DNA of 63,037 nt, filler included, from Olpidium bornovanus S191 (taxonomy: Eukaryota > Fungi > Olpidiomycota): assembly GCA_017911155.1 (NCBI GenBank). It is 27 parts of 27 records of this genome, joined end to end, with 100 filler letters (N's around TTAATTAATTAA, not from the genome) between each part and the next. Parts side by side here need not be neighbours in the genome. Positions count along the whole stretch, not along the records: positions 34,328 to 36,855 come from JAEFCI010010503.1; positions 36,956 to 38,699 come from JAEFCI010004543.1; positions 38,800 to 40,419 come from JAEFCI010009376.1; positions 40,520 to 42,036 come from JAEFCI010013008.1; positions 42,137 to 44,384 come from JAEFCI010007762.1; positions 44,485 to 49,217 come from JAEFCI010000456.1; 21 more parts are not named here. The stretch is one strand, 5' to 3'. The position numbers and the translations under genes are program-made. Positions within the stretch are counted from its first letter, which is position 1. Every line of letters starts with the position of its first letter. Under the pieces are notes generated by a model, which searched no databases, had not been told where the DNA came from, and saw only the letters and a list, made by a program, of their open reading frames with translations. Below are positions 34,701 through 48,300 of the stretch, piece after piece.

Positions 34701-35953
34701 CTGCTTCGCGACGGCCGACTGGTGCTTCTTGTGCTCGATCTGCTGGAGCTGAACCACGGCGCACTCCATCTTTATCCGCTTCGACCTCTCCTTGGCGTCG
34801 GTCGACCGCTGATGCATCTGGCTAAAGGCCGAGGGGTTGTCTTCGCTGACGGCGGCCGAGGCCTCCTCCCGGTCCTGCCGGTCGAGCTCCTGGCGCCGCT
34901 TGGAGATGAGGGCAATCTGGAGGTGCCGCTCGGCCAGAACGTTGCTGATCAGCAGCTGGCTGTGCAACTTCCGCACGCGGGGCTCCGCGGCGTACTGCTT
35001 CTGCCGCGCCTTGGCCACGGCCTCATCCCGCTCCCGCGCCCTCGTCTCGGCCCACTCCCTGTCCACCCGCAGCTTCTCCTCCTGCGAACGGGAACGGGGA
35101 GGTCGAATGGGCGCGAGAGGACCCGGGCCCGGCCGGTCCGGATACGGGGGTGGGCCAAGGTGGGGCGGCGGGGTGGAAGAAGGGTCATGATCAAGCTTCG
35201 CCGCACTTTGTCCCCCCCCCTTCCCTCCCCCCCCCGTCCCCACCCCGCGGGTCATGTCCGCGCGCCCTCGGGATTACTGACAACGTCAGGGGGCCAACCG
35301 CACCTCGGCCCGTTGCTTTTTGAGTTCCACCGCCTTGATCCGCGCTCGCCTCTGTCCCAGGATCGTGTTCGACCATTTCTCAACCCTCAGCTGGGACAAT
35401 TCGTGGAGTCTTTTTTTCTGGCGGGGCGGACGAGGAACATCCCAGCAAAGCAAAAAAAAAAAAAAAAAAAATAAAAAAAATAAAAAAAATAAAAAAATAA
35501 AGGGAAAGAAAAAGGAAAAAACAGGGGGAAAGACGGGGCCAAAGAATCCGGTAAACCGGTTAAAACAATTTCGAACATTCTGCAAGTGACAATCAACCAT
35601 CGATTATTTTTTTTTGGCCCTCTCGGAGCCGTGCGGAACCCCCCCCCCCCGTAACCCACCTCCTCCTCGAACATCATCTTCTGCGTTTTCCCGTCCGACC
35701 GCGCGGCGTCCTTTCTGATCCGCTCGAGGTCCGCCCCGGAAATGGCGGCGTACTCCGTGCCGAGCTCGCGGCCGGGCGCCAGCTCCTCCGATCTTCTGCG
35801 GGTCGAGGCGAGCTGCAGCTGCTGGGCGCTCTGCTTCGGCTTCGGCGCCGCCGGCGGCTGCCGCGCCGTGCGCGTCCCCGCCTGCGCCGCAGACGAGGCC
35901 GAGCGCGGCACGGGCGGCAGGACCGGCTTCGACGCCGGAACGTCCGTGATCAT
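34701..35953 (-). CDS. CFAP210/CCDC173-like trichoplein-family axonemal coiled-coil protein, partial
   Basis: LSQLRVEKWSNTILGQRRARIKA...EEKLRVDREWAETRARERDEAVAKARQKQYAAEPRVRKLHSQLLISNVLAERHLQI matches the remembered CFAP210 pattern (RVk.W.NTi..Y.tdRVk.fhS.LLl.eVl.ER..Qi). Confidence 0.7.
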
Positions 35954-36084
35954 GGCTCCTGCGAGGGGGGAGTGGGGGGAGCGGAAGGTGAGGGAAAAAA
36001 GAGTTTTGATGGGCAATTTCCCCGGGTGCGCCGTGAGTATCCGAGCAGCGAACCCCGCTCTTCTTTCCCCCTTCCCCCTACCCC

Positions 36085-36148
<64 letters not shown>

Positions 36149-36683
36149 CCACGCCCCCCCCACCGCCGCGCGCTTCTCGCCAGCCCGTACCATTGTAGTT
36201 GGTGGAGAAGTCCGGAATCTCCGGCATGCCCAGCTTCACCGGTCGACCGTGATTGATGATTCGAGCCATGGGCGGGCGGGGCAAAGGAGGGGGGGGGAAG
36301 GGGGAGGAGGAGAGGAGGGAGGAGCGGGTCCAGGTAGATAGCTCGTTCAATTTTTTTTTTTTTTTTTTTTTTTTTGACTAGCGCTCTCTAACGGCGCCGG
36401 CGGGTTTCCGGCGCAGGCGGAGAGAAGGGACGGAGGGGGGGAGGGAGGGATGACGAGGGAGAGAAGGGGGGGGCGGGGCGGGGAACGGCGCGGACCGGTC
36501 GGGAATTTTTCGGCCGCGTCTCGCCACTCCGCCGCCCTTTTCCCTTCCGGTGCTTTCCCCGCACTGCCCCGTCGCGGTTTTTTTTTTCCGTCCGGTTGCG
36601 GACGAACGCACTCCGGGGCCTCCCCGCGGACGGAAAAATCTCACGCACGGGGCGATCCCCGGAGGATTAATATACCTACAAAA

Positions 36684-36719
<36 letters not shown>

Positions 36720-36969
36720 AAAATTTCCCCCCTCAAAACCCCCTCCCCGTTACGCTCCCTCGTTGCACGGGATTTGCCCCTGCTAATAGATCTACTTTAC
36801 TGTACTGTATACAGAACCGACACAAAAAAAAGAGAAATGCCCAGAGTCTGGCATGNNNNNNNNNNNNNNNNNNNNNNNNNNNNNNNNNNNNNNNNNNNNT
36901 TAATTAATTAANNNNNNNNNNNNNNNNNNNNNNNNNNNNNNNNNNNNNNNNNNNNCATGAAGCCGCTCA

Positions 36970-38561
36970 GGCGGTGGACACTCTAGTACAGTTCGTCTTG
37001 ACCGTCCCATACCTGCCAAATCGGATGAACATCGAAGCGTTCACGGTGTTGTTCGCGCAATTGCCCTTCGACGCAGTTGTTTTCCGTTTATCGGCCAGCC
37101 CAGGCAGCATAAGCTCGCTGGCCGCCGAGCCCAGTCTCAGCCTTCTTGCGAATCTAGTTGCGTTCGGCAAGCCGAGAGTGGCGAAAATGCAGACCAGCGT
37201 CCTGGTTGGTGCTGCGTGAACGTCAAAACGGACGACGCATGCGGTGTTTGTCACTGATTCTTGTCATGTGGAACTACAAAATTAAAACCCAGGTCGCATA
37301 CTTGCGTGCATTATCCATCGTTCTAGAGCGTATTCCACCCGGAATGCTTCCAGGCACGGTACTGAACGAAGAAGGTGCGTCTGCGGCGTGCCGGCAGATA
37401 TTACCGGATTTCCAAACTCAGACTTTTTGGCATTTGGTCCACAGAAGAAGAGGACGACGACGACGAGGACGCGCAGCAGCCAAAGAACAGCATTGTTCGC
37501 TCCCCTCCCCTGGACCCGAGAGTTGAAAACGCGGTGTCAATGGTGTACGAGCCGGGCCACCTCCGATCAATCTTCGCCTTTCGGGGATCCCAGTACGACC
37601 GCCCAGGGCTGGTCGCGTTATCGGTCTTTCTTTCGACGCTCCTGTTTCGATGGTCATCCCGCCGCGTTGAAGTTCTTAGCGGCGTCTCACAGGCTGGCGA
37701 ACGCGACTTGTTGTTAGCTTGCTGGCAAGCCCTGCGAGAGGGCAGTCTCCACAAAGATATCCTGGAGGCTAAGAACGTGGCGACTATCCTCGCTGGTACG
37801 TATAATCGATTTGAATTGTTTTCGAAGTCTCCGTTGCGGGCGGCGGATTGACTTCGCTTTACGTAGATCCCAGTTACGCCGAAGACTGGAGCATCTTGGC
37901 GCTGTTGTCGGAAATTTACAGTCGCCTGCTGTTGACAATTGGGGACGACGAGTTCTTCAGCGACAAGAATGCGTTCTCCGTAGACGACCTTATTGGACTG
38001 TCTGCAGCTCTCAGGGTATGGCGAATTAACGGCCGTAGCGCGGCGCGTGAGCTTTCTGCGGTCGCCAGCGTGCTGACAAATGAGGACCGACTTGTTTCCA
38101 GAATGTAACCTTCGCCCTCTGGTGGTCGGATGCTCTTTCGGTCAAGCAAACGTTTGACACCACTCTCGGCCTGCACGTCCGCGCGGCCGCCACCAAACTC
38201 CTCCAACAGCTGCATATGCGAGAGTACGTCGGCTCTGCGTGCAATGAAGGCGGTGCAAAATTTTGCCTCGGATCTGACCCGCCCACGCTCCTTGTAAAAT
38301 AGCGCGCGCAGACCGTTCTGTCCTGAGAAGCATTGGATTATGACGCAACACCTCAACCTACCGTCGTTCCTGGTATCCTTGGCGGCGGAGGAGGAGAGGC
38401 TAATGGAGGAGGAGGAGCTCGTTACCGGGACGCCAGTTTCGGCAGAGAGCCCAAAGCTGAGAATCCTCCACCACACTCCGTTTGCTATACCATTCGAAAG
38501 CCGCGTCTCAATCTTCCGACACTTCGTCAAAAACGACCGTTTGCGGCGCGAGCGAACGCGG
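36970..38561 (+). CDS. HECT E3 ubiquitin ligase (Hul5/UBE3C-like), middle exons
   Basis: SLSLLANLVAF; LLTIGDDEFFS..FSVDDLIGLSAALR; LLQQLHMR; LRILHHTPFAIPFESRVSIFRHFVKND. Confidence 0.85.
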
Positions 38562-38799
38562 TAAGCGCTGTTTCTCGTCATGATGGCCTTGTTTCGGACA
38601 GAAGAAGAAAACGATGGGCGGAAAGGTGACGCACAGTCCCGTTCGTGACCGGGACAGATCGGAAACGGCCGGCCCACATCGCGCCGACATTCGTCGAGAN
38701 NNNNNNNNNNNNNNNNNNNNNNNNNNNNNNNNNNNNNNNNNNNTTAATTAATTAANNNNNNNNNNNNNNNNNNNNNNNNNNNNNNNNNNNNNNNNNNNN

Positions 38800-40086
38800 T
38801 CATGTGTTGGAATGTCTTCTCGTCGAACAATCCTCGAGTCTGATCGGTAAGCGCGCAACACACGAACACGATGTCCGAAGAGGAGAGGAGTTCCTGGAGT
38901 GCGGAGATATAGACCGCGGGAGGTGAAAGCTGTGTGGCCAGTTCCGGGTGCTCCGTTCGGGAGTAGTAGAGAATTGGCGTCCCGCCGGTGAACGGCTTAA
39001 TTCGATGCGCGACAGCCAGCCCGATCCGACCAAGTCCGATTATCCCCACGGTCTTGTTCGTCATCTGCATCCCGAGGTGAGCGGTGGGAGCCCAGCTTTC
39101 GTTCAACCACTGAGAAAATGCATTCAATCCGTATTTCAGTCGCAGCACTGTGGAATGCGGTGGCGAGTTCGAAGCCGGCGTAACGACAAAGCTACTTCAC
39201 TTCTCCGCTCCTGACAAGTTGAATGCCCTGGAGCATTTGGCGTGAGAAGCAATGAGCTGGTCTGCCTACTAATGTCGAATCGCGAAAAGCTGCCCACATC
39301 CCAACCTTTCCAAGCCGCCTTGCAGCCATCAACGCCAGTGCCACTGAGATCTCCGCAACCGCGTCCGTCAACACATCGGGAGTGTGTCCTACTCTTATGC
39401 CTCTCGCAGCTGCCTCCTTCAAGTCAATGTGATCGTAGCCGACGCTATTAACGTGCAAGCCAGAGCAGTATTCAGTGGTGCTCGGTGTCGGTCTTGTGTG
39501 GTTCCCGGCAAGAGATCTAACAGCAAGTTTTGGGCAATCTCGTTCTCTAGCCCATGGCCGCACCTCATTGTGGAAATGACTCTGAGACTCGGCCCTTAGG
39601 AGTCGAATAACAGGCTTCAATTCTTGACGCCTCCACAACCCGCATTAGTTCGGTCCACGAACCCGCAGCGTCCAGAAACTCCTTGTCGATTTGGTTTGTA
39701 ATAATACACAAGCAGCCGTCCACGCCTGCTTCCCAGAAAACCGGTACTTGCGCTCAGATCGCGCCTCGGACCTACCGATTACCGCACACGCGACGAGTCC
39801 GCCCTGCTGTTTTCCCTCACCCTTCACGTTTTTTAACAACGCTTCGCGCGTCAGGTTTGTCGCTTCCTTATGCTGGATCAAGTTGAACCTGCAGGGAACA
39901 CGTCGGTCGGCGGCCACACACAAAAGGCGTCGCGCCACGCTTCCGCGGCTTGACCCGCGCCGACTTGTCGCCGTCCGGGCTTTCCCGCTGGGAACTCAAC
40001 TGGTCCGAGTCCGCGAGTGCCTCGAGCCTGCTTTGGGCGGTCGGCGGGAGCAGGCTGGTCACGAGGACCGTGTAATCCGAGTCCAT
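38800..40086 (-). CDS. Glyoxylate/hydroxypyruvate reductase (D-2-hydroxyacid dehydrogenase), 3' truncated
   Basis: SVGYDHIDLKEAAARGIRVGHTPDVLTDAVAEISVALALMAARR; KTVGIIGLGRIGLAVAHRIKPF; SDIVFVCCALTDQTRGL. Confidence 0.92.
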
Positions 40087-40519
40087 GTTGAGCGACTTGG
40101 GAAGGTGGCGGTTCGGAACTTCCTGAAAACGCTCGTGTTCCGGAACGGAAAAAGCGGGGTTTCGCGAGAGGCGGGGTTTCGGGAGAAGCGGGGTCCGGTC
40201 ACGTGATCATGAACTCCTAAGGAAACACGTAACGCCGCACTACAATCACTCCTATCACGCCGTCAACGCCGTGCAAAGCTGTCAACGCCTCGGCCGCACA
40301 TGTCTCGTGCATCCCCGCGCCCCGCGACCTGCCTTCTCCGAATTCGTTGCCCACCCGTGCAACTCTTGCGCAGAACGTGCAGATTCGCCACACGAGAAGC
40401 CGCTTGCGCCAAAGGAAGANNNNNNNNNNNNNNNNNNNNNNNNNNNNNNNNNNNNNNNNNNNNTTAATTAATTAANNNNNNNNNNNNNNNNNNNNNNNNN
40501 NNNNNNNNNNNNNNNNNNN

Positions 40520-42036
40520 CCCGCCGGGGGAGTTCGAGCGCACGCCAATCTGGCCGCCCATAAGTTCGACGAGCTTTTTGCAGATGGACAATCCTAACCC
40601 GGTGCCCCCGAATTTCCTGAAGAACTCAAAACGGAGTGGAGTCAGCGTCAGAGGCCGTCCAGGACGACTTGTCGGCGCTTCGCGCGCGGGCAGTCGCCGC
40701 CAGTTCAAATAAGTCCTCCCCACCTCGTCGTCGACGAGTCGGCTTGCGAGAACGGGTGGAATAACCTGGAAACCACAGACTCAGAAATCCCGATGCCGGT
40801 GTCCCGCACCTCGAAGGTGAACCTCACAGTACCCTCGCAGTCCTCGCTTGTCACCCTGATTACCACCGAGCCTTCGTTCGTGAACTTGACCGCGTTGCTC
40901 AGGAGGTTGACCAGGACCTGCCGTATCCGCCCCGAGTCACCGCGGAAATACGTCTCAAGTATCGGGCACTCGGCGATCGACAGGCCGATGCCCTTGGCCG
41001 TGGCGGTGAAGTGGAATGTTTTAAATGTGTCCCGTACGAGCTCGTACATGTCAAAGTCGAGTACCTCCAGGTCCATCTTCCCGGCCTCGACTTTCGAGAA
41101 ATCCAGGATGTCGTTCACGACAGTGAGCAGTGATTCGGTCGAGCGCCTTGCTGTTTCCACGTAATCGCGCTGCTCGCTGTTCAGATCCGTGCTTAGCAGC
41201 AGTCCGGTCATCCCGACGATGGCGTTGATGGGCGTCCGCACCTCGTGAGACATGTTCGCCAGGAATTCGCTTTTCAGTTGCGAAGCCCGTTGGGCCCCCT
41301 CCACGGCGATCCGCGCCTCCTCCCGTTCGCTCTCGACCCTCTTGCGCTCGGTGAGGTCGTGGACGTTCGCCCCGCGGAAGAGCACGTTCCCGCTATCGTC
41401 ATAGCACGTGGAAATCTCTATCAGCACCGGGAAGGACGAACCGTCCTTGCGTCGAGCGTGGATCTCAGCTTGCTGGTGGCCGGTTTTCTCGAGCTTCTCG
41501 ATCGTCGAATTTAGGACGGGGATATCCCTCTCGGACACCATGATGTTAGTCGGCAATCCCAGCCATTCCTCGGTGTTTATCCCGTGCATTCTAACAGCCC
41601 GTCGGAAAGGCAAATTCGACGTGTCAGGCAATCTCGAACGAGGCTCTCGGACGCGTTTTGTCGGAGGGAGGAGGGTGAAAATGCGAGCGAAGACATTACC
41701 TCGCGAAAGTCAGATTCACCCTCATAATGTGGTGGTCCGGCGTCACGAGCACCATTCCCCATGAAGCGTGCTGGAATAACAGCCTCGTCAGATGCCTTAT
41801 ACCAGCAAGCATTCGCGCGGGAACTGGGAGATACCTGGAACAGGTGTTCCAGCTTGCTGAGCTCGCTCTCCGACTTCTTCCGCTGGCTTATATCTTCAGC
41901 GACCTTGACACGTTTCATGCCAGCTTTATGTCAGACGGCGATTCGCCGGTTGCGGAACCGAATCGAACGCCTTACCGTGATAAAGAAATCCGGTAACCCG
42001 TCCATCTTGCGCACAAGGGCTGTGGAACTGTGCACC
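40520..42036 (-). CDS. PAS-domain sensor histidine kinase (HisKA + HATPase), partial at both ends
   Basis: [17 protein letters not shown] (PAC); [17 protein letters not shown] (H box); [17 protein letters not shown] (N box); VRDTGIGI (G1); FSQAD..TR / [21 protein letters not shown] (G2). Introns present. Confidence 0.95.
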
Positions 42037-42229
42037 NNNNNNNNNNNNNNNNNNNNNNNNNNNNNNNNNNNNNNNNNNNNTTAATTAATTAANNNNNNNN
42101 NNNNNNNNNNNNNNNNNNNNNNNNNNNNNNNNNNNNCACCCCGCTCGCGGGGTGGGGGGGGGCCCCCCCCCCCCCCCCCCCCCCCCCGCCCCCCGCAGAC
42201 GCGTAGCTTTGGGGCCGCCTGTGCACCCG

Positions 42230-44384
42230 ACATCTCCCGCGTTTCCGAGATGTTTGTTACTCAACTCGGAGGAGTGGCGCAACCGTGCACAGGGCTCGAC
42301 GATGCGCTCTTCAACAAGCTCACGGCGTCCGGAGCCAAGAAGTACATCAGGACGTTGAAGGAGCTTTTCGTCGACTTCCTGGGTACGTTCTGTGGCGGGC
42401 TCCGCGGTGACTTCGCCGGAAGCAGGAGGTTAACCATGAAGAACCGCCGCTCGAAAAACTCTTGCTTGCGGTGACCGGACGTTAGCTGTTGAATCTCAGG
42501 TGTTCTGCTTGCATATGCCCAACAGCCTCTATTATCTTTTTTCTCCGGATGCTCCGACGCCTGCCTTCAACGGTGACCTGGAGATGATAGCAAAACATGT
42601 CAGTTCCGCTCCTGAACGGATCGAGATTCTTCGATCACGCCCGGGCCGAGATTTCTCGCTTACACATTCCGTGCTTCACTTTCTCCATCTTGCATAATTC
42701 GCCTGGTCTTACATGTGTAACGCGCCTGCTGTCCATGAACCTCGTCTAAACAAACGGGTCCCGGCCGCGCCGAGCAGCTCGTTTCGGTATGCGCAACGCT
42801 CGGCGAGTATCCCGTGATCCGGTACCACCGGCCGGACACGCCGAGCACGACGGCGCGTTCCAACATCGCGGGGCGGCTCGCGTCGGTCTTCCAGAACGAG
42901 ATGGACGCGTTCTGTCGACTTGATCCCAGCTTCCCGCCCCAGCCGGCGACGCCGGTGCCTCGTGCCACAATTCTAATCCTAGACCGGACGCTGGACGTCC
43001 AGGCCCCGCTCCTGCACGAGTTTACGTACCAGGCTATGGTCAATGACTTGCTGCCTATTGCGGAAAACGGGACGAAGTACACGTACACGTTCGTCGGCGG
43101 CAACGGCGAGGAAAACGTCAAGGACGTTGTCCTTGACGAGGAAGACCCGCTCTGGATCCAGGTCCGCCACACCCACATTGCGGAGTGCATCAACACCCTG
43201 ATACAGAGCTTCAACCAATTCACGACCGACAATAAGGCTGCCCAGCGAGCCGGCGGGGGGGACGCGTTGGAGGCGTTTTTAGATCTGGACCGACGGTGTC
43301 GATGTCGTTTAGCTGACAATCTTATCTCGTCATGAGTATCTCCTCAGCCGCCAGGTGGCGAGTCTCAACGATATGAAAGAGATGCTTGCGGCAATACCGC
43401 AATTCCAGGATTTGAAATCTAAGGTACCAGTCTTCCTGCAACGAACGCCGGGTCTGGTTTCCAAAGCGGCTGAAAAAGATGTGTGAAGTTCTCAGTGCAC
43501 ATCAGCATGGCGCAAGAATGCATGAATCTGTTCGAGAAACACCGGATTGCGGCCACCGCTGCCGTCGAGCAGGACATGGCAACGGGTGAGATGGCGGACA
43601 GCTCAGGTCCGAACAAGAACATTGTCGCAGATATGGTCCCGCTGCTTGACGATTCCAACGTAAGGTAACTAGTCGTGAGCCGAGGCGGTGTTTCTGAAAA
43701 GGAAGATCATTCCGTCCTGGGCGTAAAGAGTGCTCCGTTAGCAACGAGCGAACGCTTAACCGATTCGGACGACACCTGCTTCGCTGACAGTTCGTACGAC
43801 AAAGTCCGTCTGCTTTCTCTGTATATCATATCCAAAGAGGGCGTGCAGGACGACGACCGGCGGAAGCTGCTGGATCACGCGCGGATATCTGCCGCGGAGT
43901 CGTCGGCGATTACAAACCTCACACTACTGGGCGTGCGCTTGTCCAAGGCGCCGAAGATAGGGAAGATTAAGGAGAAGAAGAAGGAGAAGAAGCCGAAGAG
44001 GGCCCGGGCGGACGACGTGCCCTACGAGCTGTCCCGATATGTTCCGGTGCTCAAGACGGTGCTGGAGGACTGTGCAGCCGGCACGCTCGACGCGAACTTG
44101 TTTCCATTCACCAGGGAGCTACAGCCCGAGATGGACAGCAGCGGGGTTGGAGGGGCTGCGGCTAAGAAGCAGCCTGTGTCACTGAGAAGGTGAGCGGGCC
44201 GCGGATTGTCCCGGAAAACGCCCCACTATGGATGACCGCGGGAGTTGGCCACCGTACTGAGCGGGCGAAGTCCGCCTCGGGTTCCTATGATATTTTCGGT
44301 AGCACGAAACCGACGTGGACGAAAAAGGCAACGGACAAGTCGGAACCGCCTCCAAAGTCTGGGGGGCGGATAATCGTGTTCATG
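42230..44384 (+). CDS. SEC1: Sec1/Munc18-family protein, partial
   Basis: TLGEYPVIRY; ILILDRTLDVQAPLLHEFTYQAMVNDLL; LDEEDPLWIQVRHTHIA; FSVHISMAQECM; DKVRLLSLYII; PYELSRYVPVLK. Confidence 0.92.
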
Positions 44385-45218
44385 NNNNNNNNNNNNNNNN
44401 NNNNNNNNNNNNNNNNNNNNNNNNNNNNTTAATTAATTAANNNNNNNNNNNNNNNNNNNNNNNNNNNNNNNNNNNNNNNNNNNNAGCTGTGAGAAAAACG
44501 CGGACCCTCGCCGAAAACATATGTTTTTGTAGTCTTCCCCTGCATGCAACTTCACCGTCCCTTCGCTCCAATCCCACCCCTTGTTGACATCCTCCGAATA
44601 ACATGCTGTATTAATTCTTTGGCCTCTGGATGCCAAAGGATAGGGGTTCGGGCTGCGAGTTGCACTATAGGTGCACACCGCCTTGGCAGAGATGAACATT
44701 TGCGGAGTGTGATAACCATACGCAAGCCTGAAACGCCGGTCAACAGCCTCAACTTCGAGGCAGTGCAGCTTTGAACGGCGTTTGAAACGCAACCGGAAAC
44801 CCCGCATATGTCGTTGGGGTAACGAGAGAAACGGACAGTGAAAATGGCAGTTGAGAAAGTCCATTTAAAGTTTTCTCCCTGGCACGAACACCGAAAATCT
44901 TTGGTTACGAAGGCAGGTATACAGCACCATGCCGGGCCGTCACCGCCCTGCTTGCTAAAACAATGCCACCGGCTGATTTGTTGCCTACACCGGGAAATCC
45001 CGAACGTTAAAAAAGGAAGAACCACTTCTGGCGTCGCAGAAACCAAACCCAGCATCAAAACAAGGGGACTGAGCCACGCCCCCATTTAGCCTCTTTGCCA
45101 TCCCCATGTTCCCGTCCTGCTCCGGCCGTAACGCGCCGTACTTTTCGCAGGTAACACCACGTACGCGGAACGCGTCACCCGACAGTCGATTTTTTATTAT
45201 TTTTTCTTTTGTTTTCTT

Positions 45219-45253
<35 letters not shown>

Positions 45254-45333
45254 CCCCGACACCCCCGCCCCCACCCGCCCCACTCGCCGAACCCACCCCA
45301 GGGAGAGACACGTGCAACTGATAAACGAGCAAT

Positions 45334-48300
45334 ATGGGCCAGAGCCGGGGACCGGCCGTCGACCAGCGCACGCTGAACGAGCAGGCCGCCAGGAGCCTCT
45401 ACCGCGCCCCGGGCCTGAGGCACAAGGGGAACGGCGGCAGCGGCACCGGCCCAGGCGCCAGCCAGCCCGCCGCCGCTGGGAAGGAATCGTCTCCCGGGGG
45501 GGCGGGAGATAACGGCGGCAACAGGGCCAGCCCAAGCGGCAACGAGGGAGGGGGTCAGGGCGAAAATCACGGTGAGAAGCAGCAGGCGGGCCTCCAGCAG
45601 GAGCAGCCCGCGCGGTTCAACCGGGGCTCCGACGGCGGCGAAATGCCCGCGCAGCAGCACCAGCACCAGCAGCCGCACCACCATCAGCACTACCACCACC
45701 ACCACCACAACAACAACAATAACAACAACAATTCGCACCAGCAGCACCGGGGAGGCGGCGCACCCAACATGCGCAACCAGAGAACCCCCCGGGGAGCGGC
45801 CCCGCGTTGGACCAACGGGGAGGACCGCAGCGGATACCGTCAGCAGTACATTGACGGGCGCGCCCGCAACTACATCCGACAGCCCCAACTTCCGCAGAGC
45901 GCGTGAGTAAGACAGTCTTTCTTTGCGCGATTTTTGATATCCGGCCTTCGTTTCAACCTCGACTGCCGGCAGGGATTAAAATACGGGGGGGGGGCAATAA
46001 ATTGGACGTACCTTTTTGTGGAAGTTAACTTTACGCGTTCACGTCCTGTCCTGCCAGCGATGACTGGGAGAAGCAGCCGCCTTATCCCGTCGAAAAGCGC
46101 GACGACTGTGCAGATGATGCGAAGGTCAGCTGTCCTTTGGTGGCCGAATACGAACGGAAATTCTTCTTCTTCGAAACCGTCGACCCTGGAATGATTTGAA
46201 GACAGTGACCGGCCGCTGCTGAACAATTTTTCTGTTTTTTTTTTTCCTGTTCCTTTGCCGAATTCCGTGTGAATAGTCTGGCAGCAACGAACCGGCACGC
46301 CCGAACCAAGATTTACAACGCGAAAGCGCTGCCGAGAGTCAAGCGCACCAACAGCAGCACCAAGGCGGGAACGTCTACGGCGGTATGGCCGGTCGCCCAG
46401 GACGAAGTGGCTACGGCAATCAGCGTGGGGGCTACGGAGGCGGCGGCCGCGGTGGCAAGTTCCGCGGCGGCGGCCGGTACCCGAACCGTCGCAACCGGAA
46501 TTTCGATAACAACAACGAAAGCCAGAGGCCTGCTGGGTCCCAGGACGAGCAAAAGCAGCAAGTCTCGGTGGCTCAGGCCGTGCCCGTCACGGCTGCCGTG
46601 GATGGCCAGCTTCAGGAATCCCCGTCGGATTTAAAGCAAGAGAGCGCCAACACTGGCCTGCCTGCTGAACCTCCGGTGGATGGGTCGGTATCGCAACCGC
46701 CGGACGCGCTGCAGTCGGTTTCCGAAAATGCGACATTGCAAATCTGTCCGGCTCACGAGGTCGTCGGACAGGCCAAGAAAGCGCCTTTTGAAGCAGAGCC
46801 GATTGTTGGCAAAGCTCCGGAGGCTGCTGTGGAGCAAGCTTCGAGCCTCGAAGATCATGTTGCGGAGACCCAACACCACGTTCCGACCGCGGACGTTGTC
46901 GTCGTCTCGACCACCTCCACGGAAGACAAGACCCGAGGCGATGCTCTCAATGCGGATGGTAACAGCTCAGCGTCTGATGAGGAAGCCTCAGAATCTACAT
47001 CCTGCTCTTCCAGTAATTCCGACGGGACGGCTTCGCTAATCACATCTCGCAAGGAGGAAGTGAACGTCGCCGATAACCACGAAGCCGGCGTCCCTTCAGA
47101 GAAACTGGCTGCGGAAGGCGAGAATCGGGCGGAATCCGCGGCACGGCTTCCACCTGGCGGGGCTGCCAAAGGGCAAGGCACGAAGAGCGTCCACACCCCT
47201 TTGCTCGCTGCGCCGCATCAGGAACGGACGGCACAGCAGGAAGTCAACCGCACATCCCGCGGAGATTCGAACCTTCCTATGACAGACGAAAAGCTCTCCG
47301 AGCAGCAGCAGACCCGCCATGTGCAGGTACAGCAGCAGCCGATACCTGTCGCCTCCTCGTTCCAGCAACCCGTTAACCGCCGCGCGGTGAGCGAGGCGTC
47401 AGCCGTGCCGTCGAAGCACCTGGGTGCCAATGCCCCGATCCTCCCTAGCCCCAGTTCCCTGATCAACCCGAGCGCAAGCGCGCCGATTCACGCGGTTGCC
47501 GTCGCTCCGCCTCAACCTCATCAGCCGCGGTCCCAGTCCCAACATCAATTGCGGTCTGGCCCGCAGCACGCTCCGCAACACCTTCAGCAATACCACGGCG
47601 AGAGAGGCGAGAGCAAAAGGACGGACGCACTGTGGGCTCGAGGTCAGTTTAAAATTCTTATCACGTTGTAGGAATCCGCGCATATTTTATATCGGCGGCA
47701 ATTGAGGGCAGACCGGTTTTCCGTTCTCAACCAATCTTCCCTTCAATATCCCCGTTCGACCAATTTGACTGCGCTTTACTAGCGGCTGTACTTGCCCCGG
47801 AGTTCCGTCCCTCGCGCAACTGTAACCCTGTATCACCGCGGGAAACCGCCGTTCCACCCCTTCGTGATTTCCCAGACCCGCCTCACAGCGGCGGCCACCG
47901 CACCGCGTCGGAGCAGGCCGCCGGCTACGGGAGGCAGGATGTCCTAAGAAACGCCTCGTCGACCAATCGTGCTCAGCCATTCGGCGGCAGCAGCGGGACT
48001 GCGGGACATCACCAGGCGAAGGGCAACATCGACGCGGAGTACAGGCCACAAAACATCGCACACCAGGTACTTGCCGGGATAGGTTTTTTTGCGGTGGGAT
48101 TCGTGAGTCGCAGCGGAGATCGCGTTCTGATCTCGGCGCTCATTTGCCCTGCTCTTTCCCTCATCCTTCCCTTCCTCAGGCGTGGCATGCGAGCGGGCGG
48201 GTCACTTCATCTGCGCAGAGCCAGCTTGATTCGGCCGACAATTTTATCCAGCAGCAGCACCACGTAGGGTATCCGCAGCAGACGTCGGCAGCTGGAGCGC

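Noticed and set aside
33162-34764. Long ORFs rich in SL, RE, F or K/G repeats (also 30205-31229, 48456-49086, 49404-50519)
   Set aside because: These are translations of microsatellites and homopolymers that simply lack stop codons.
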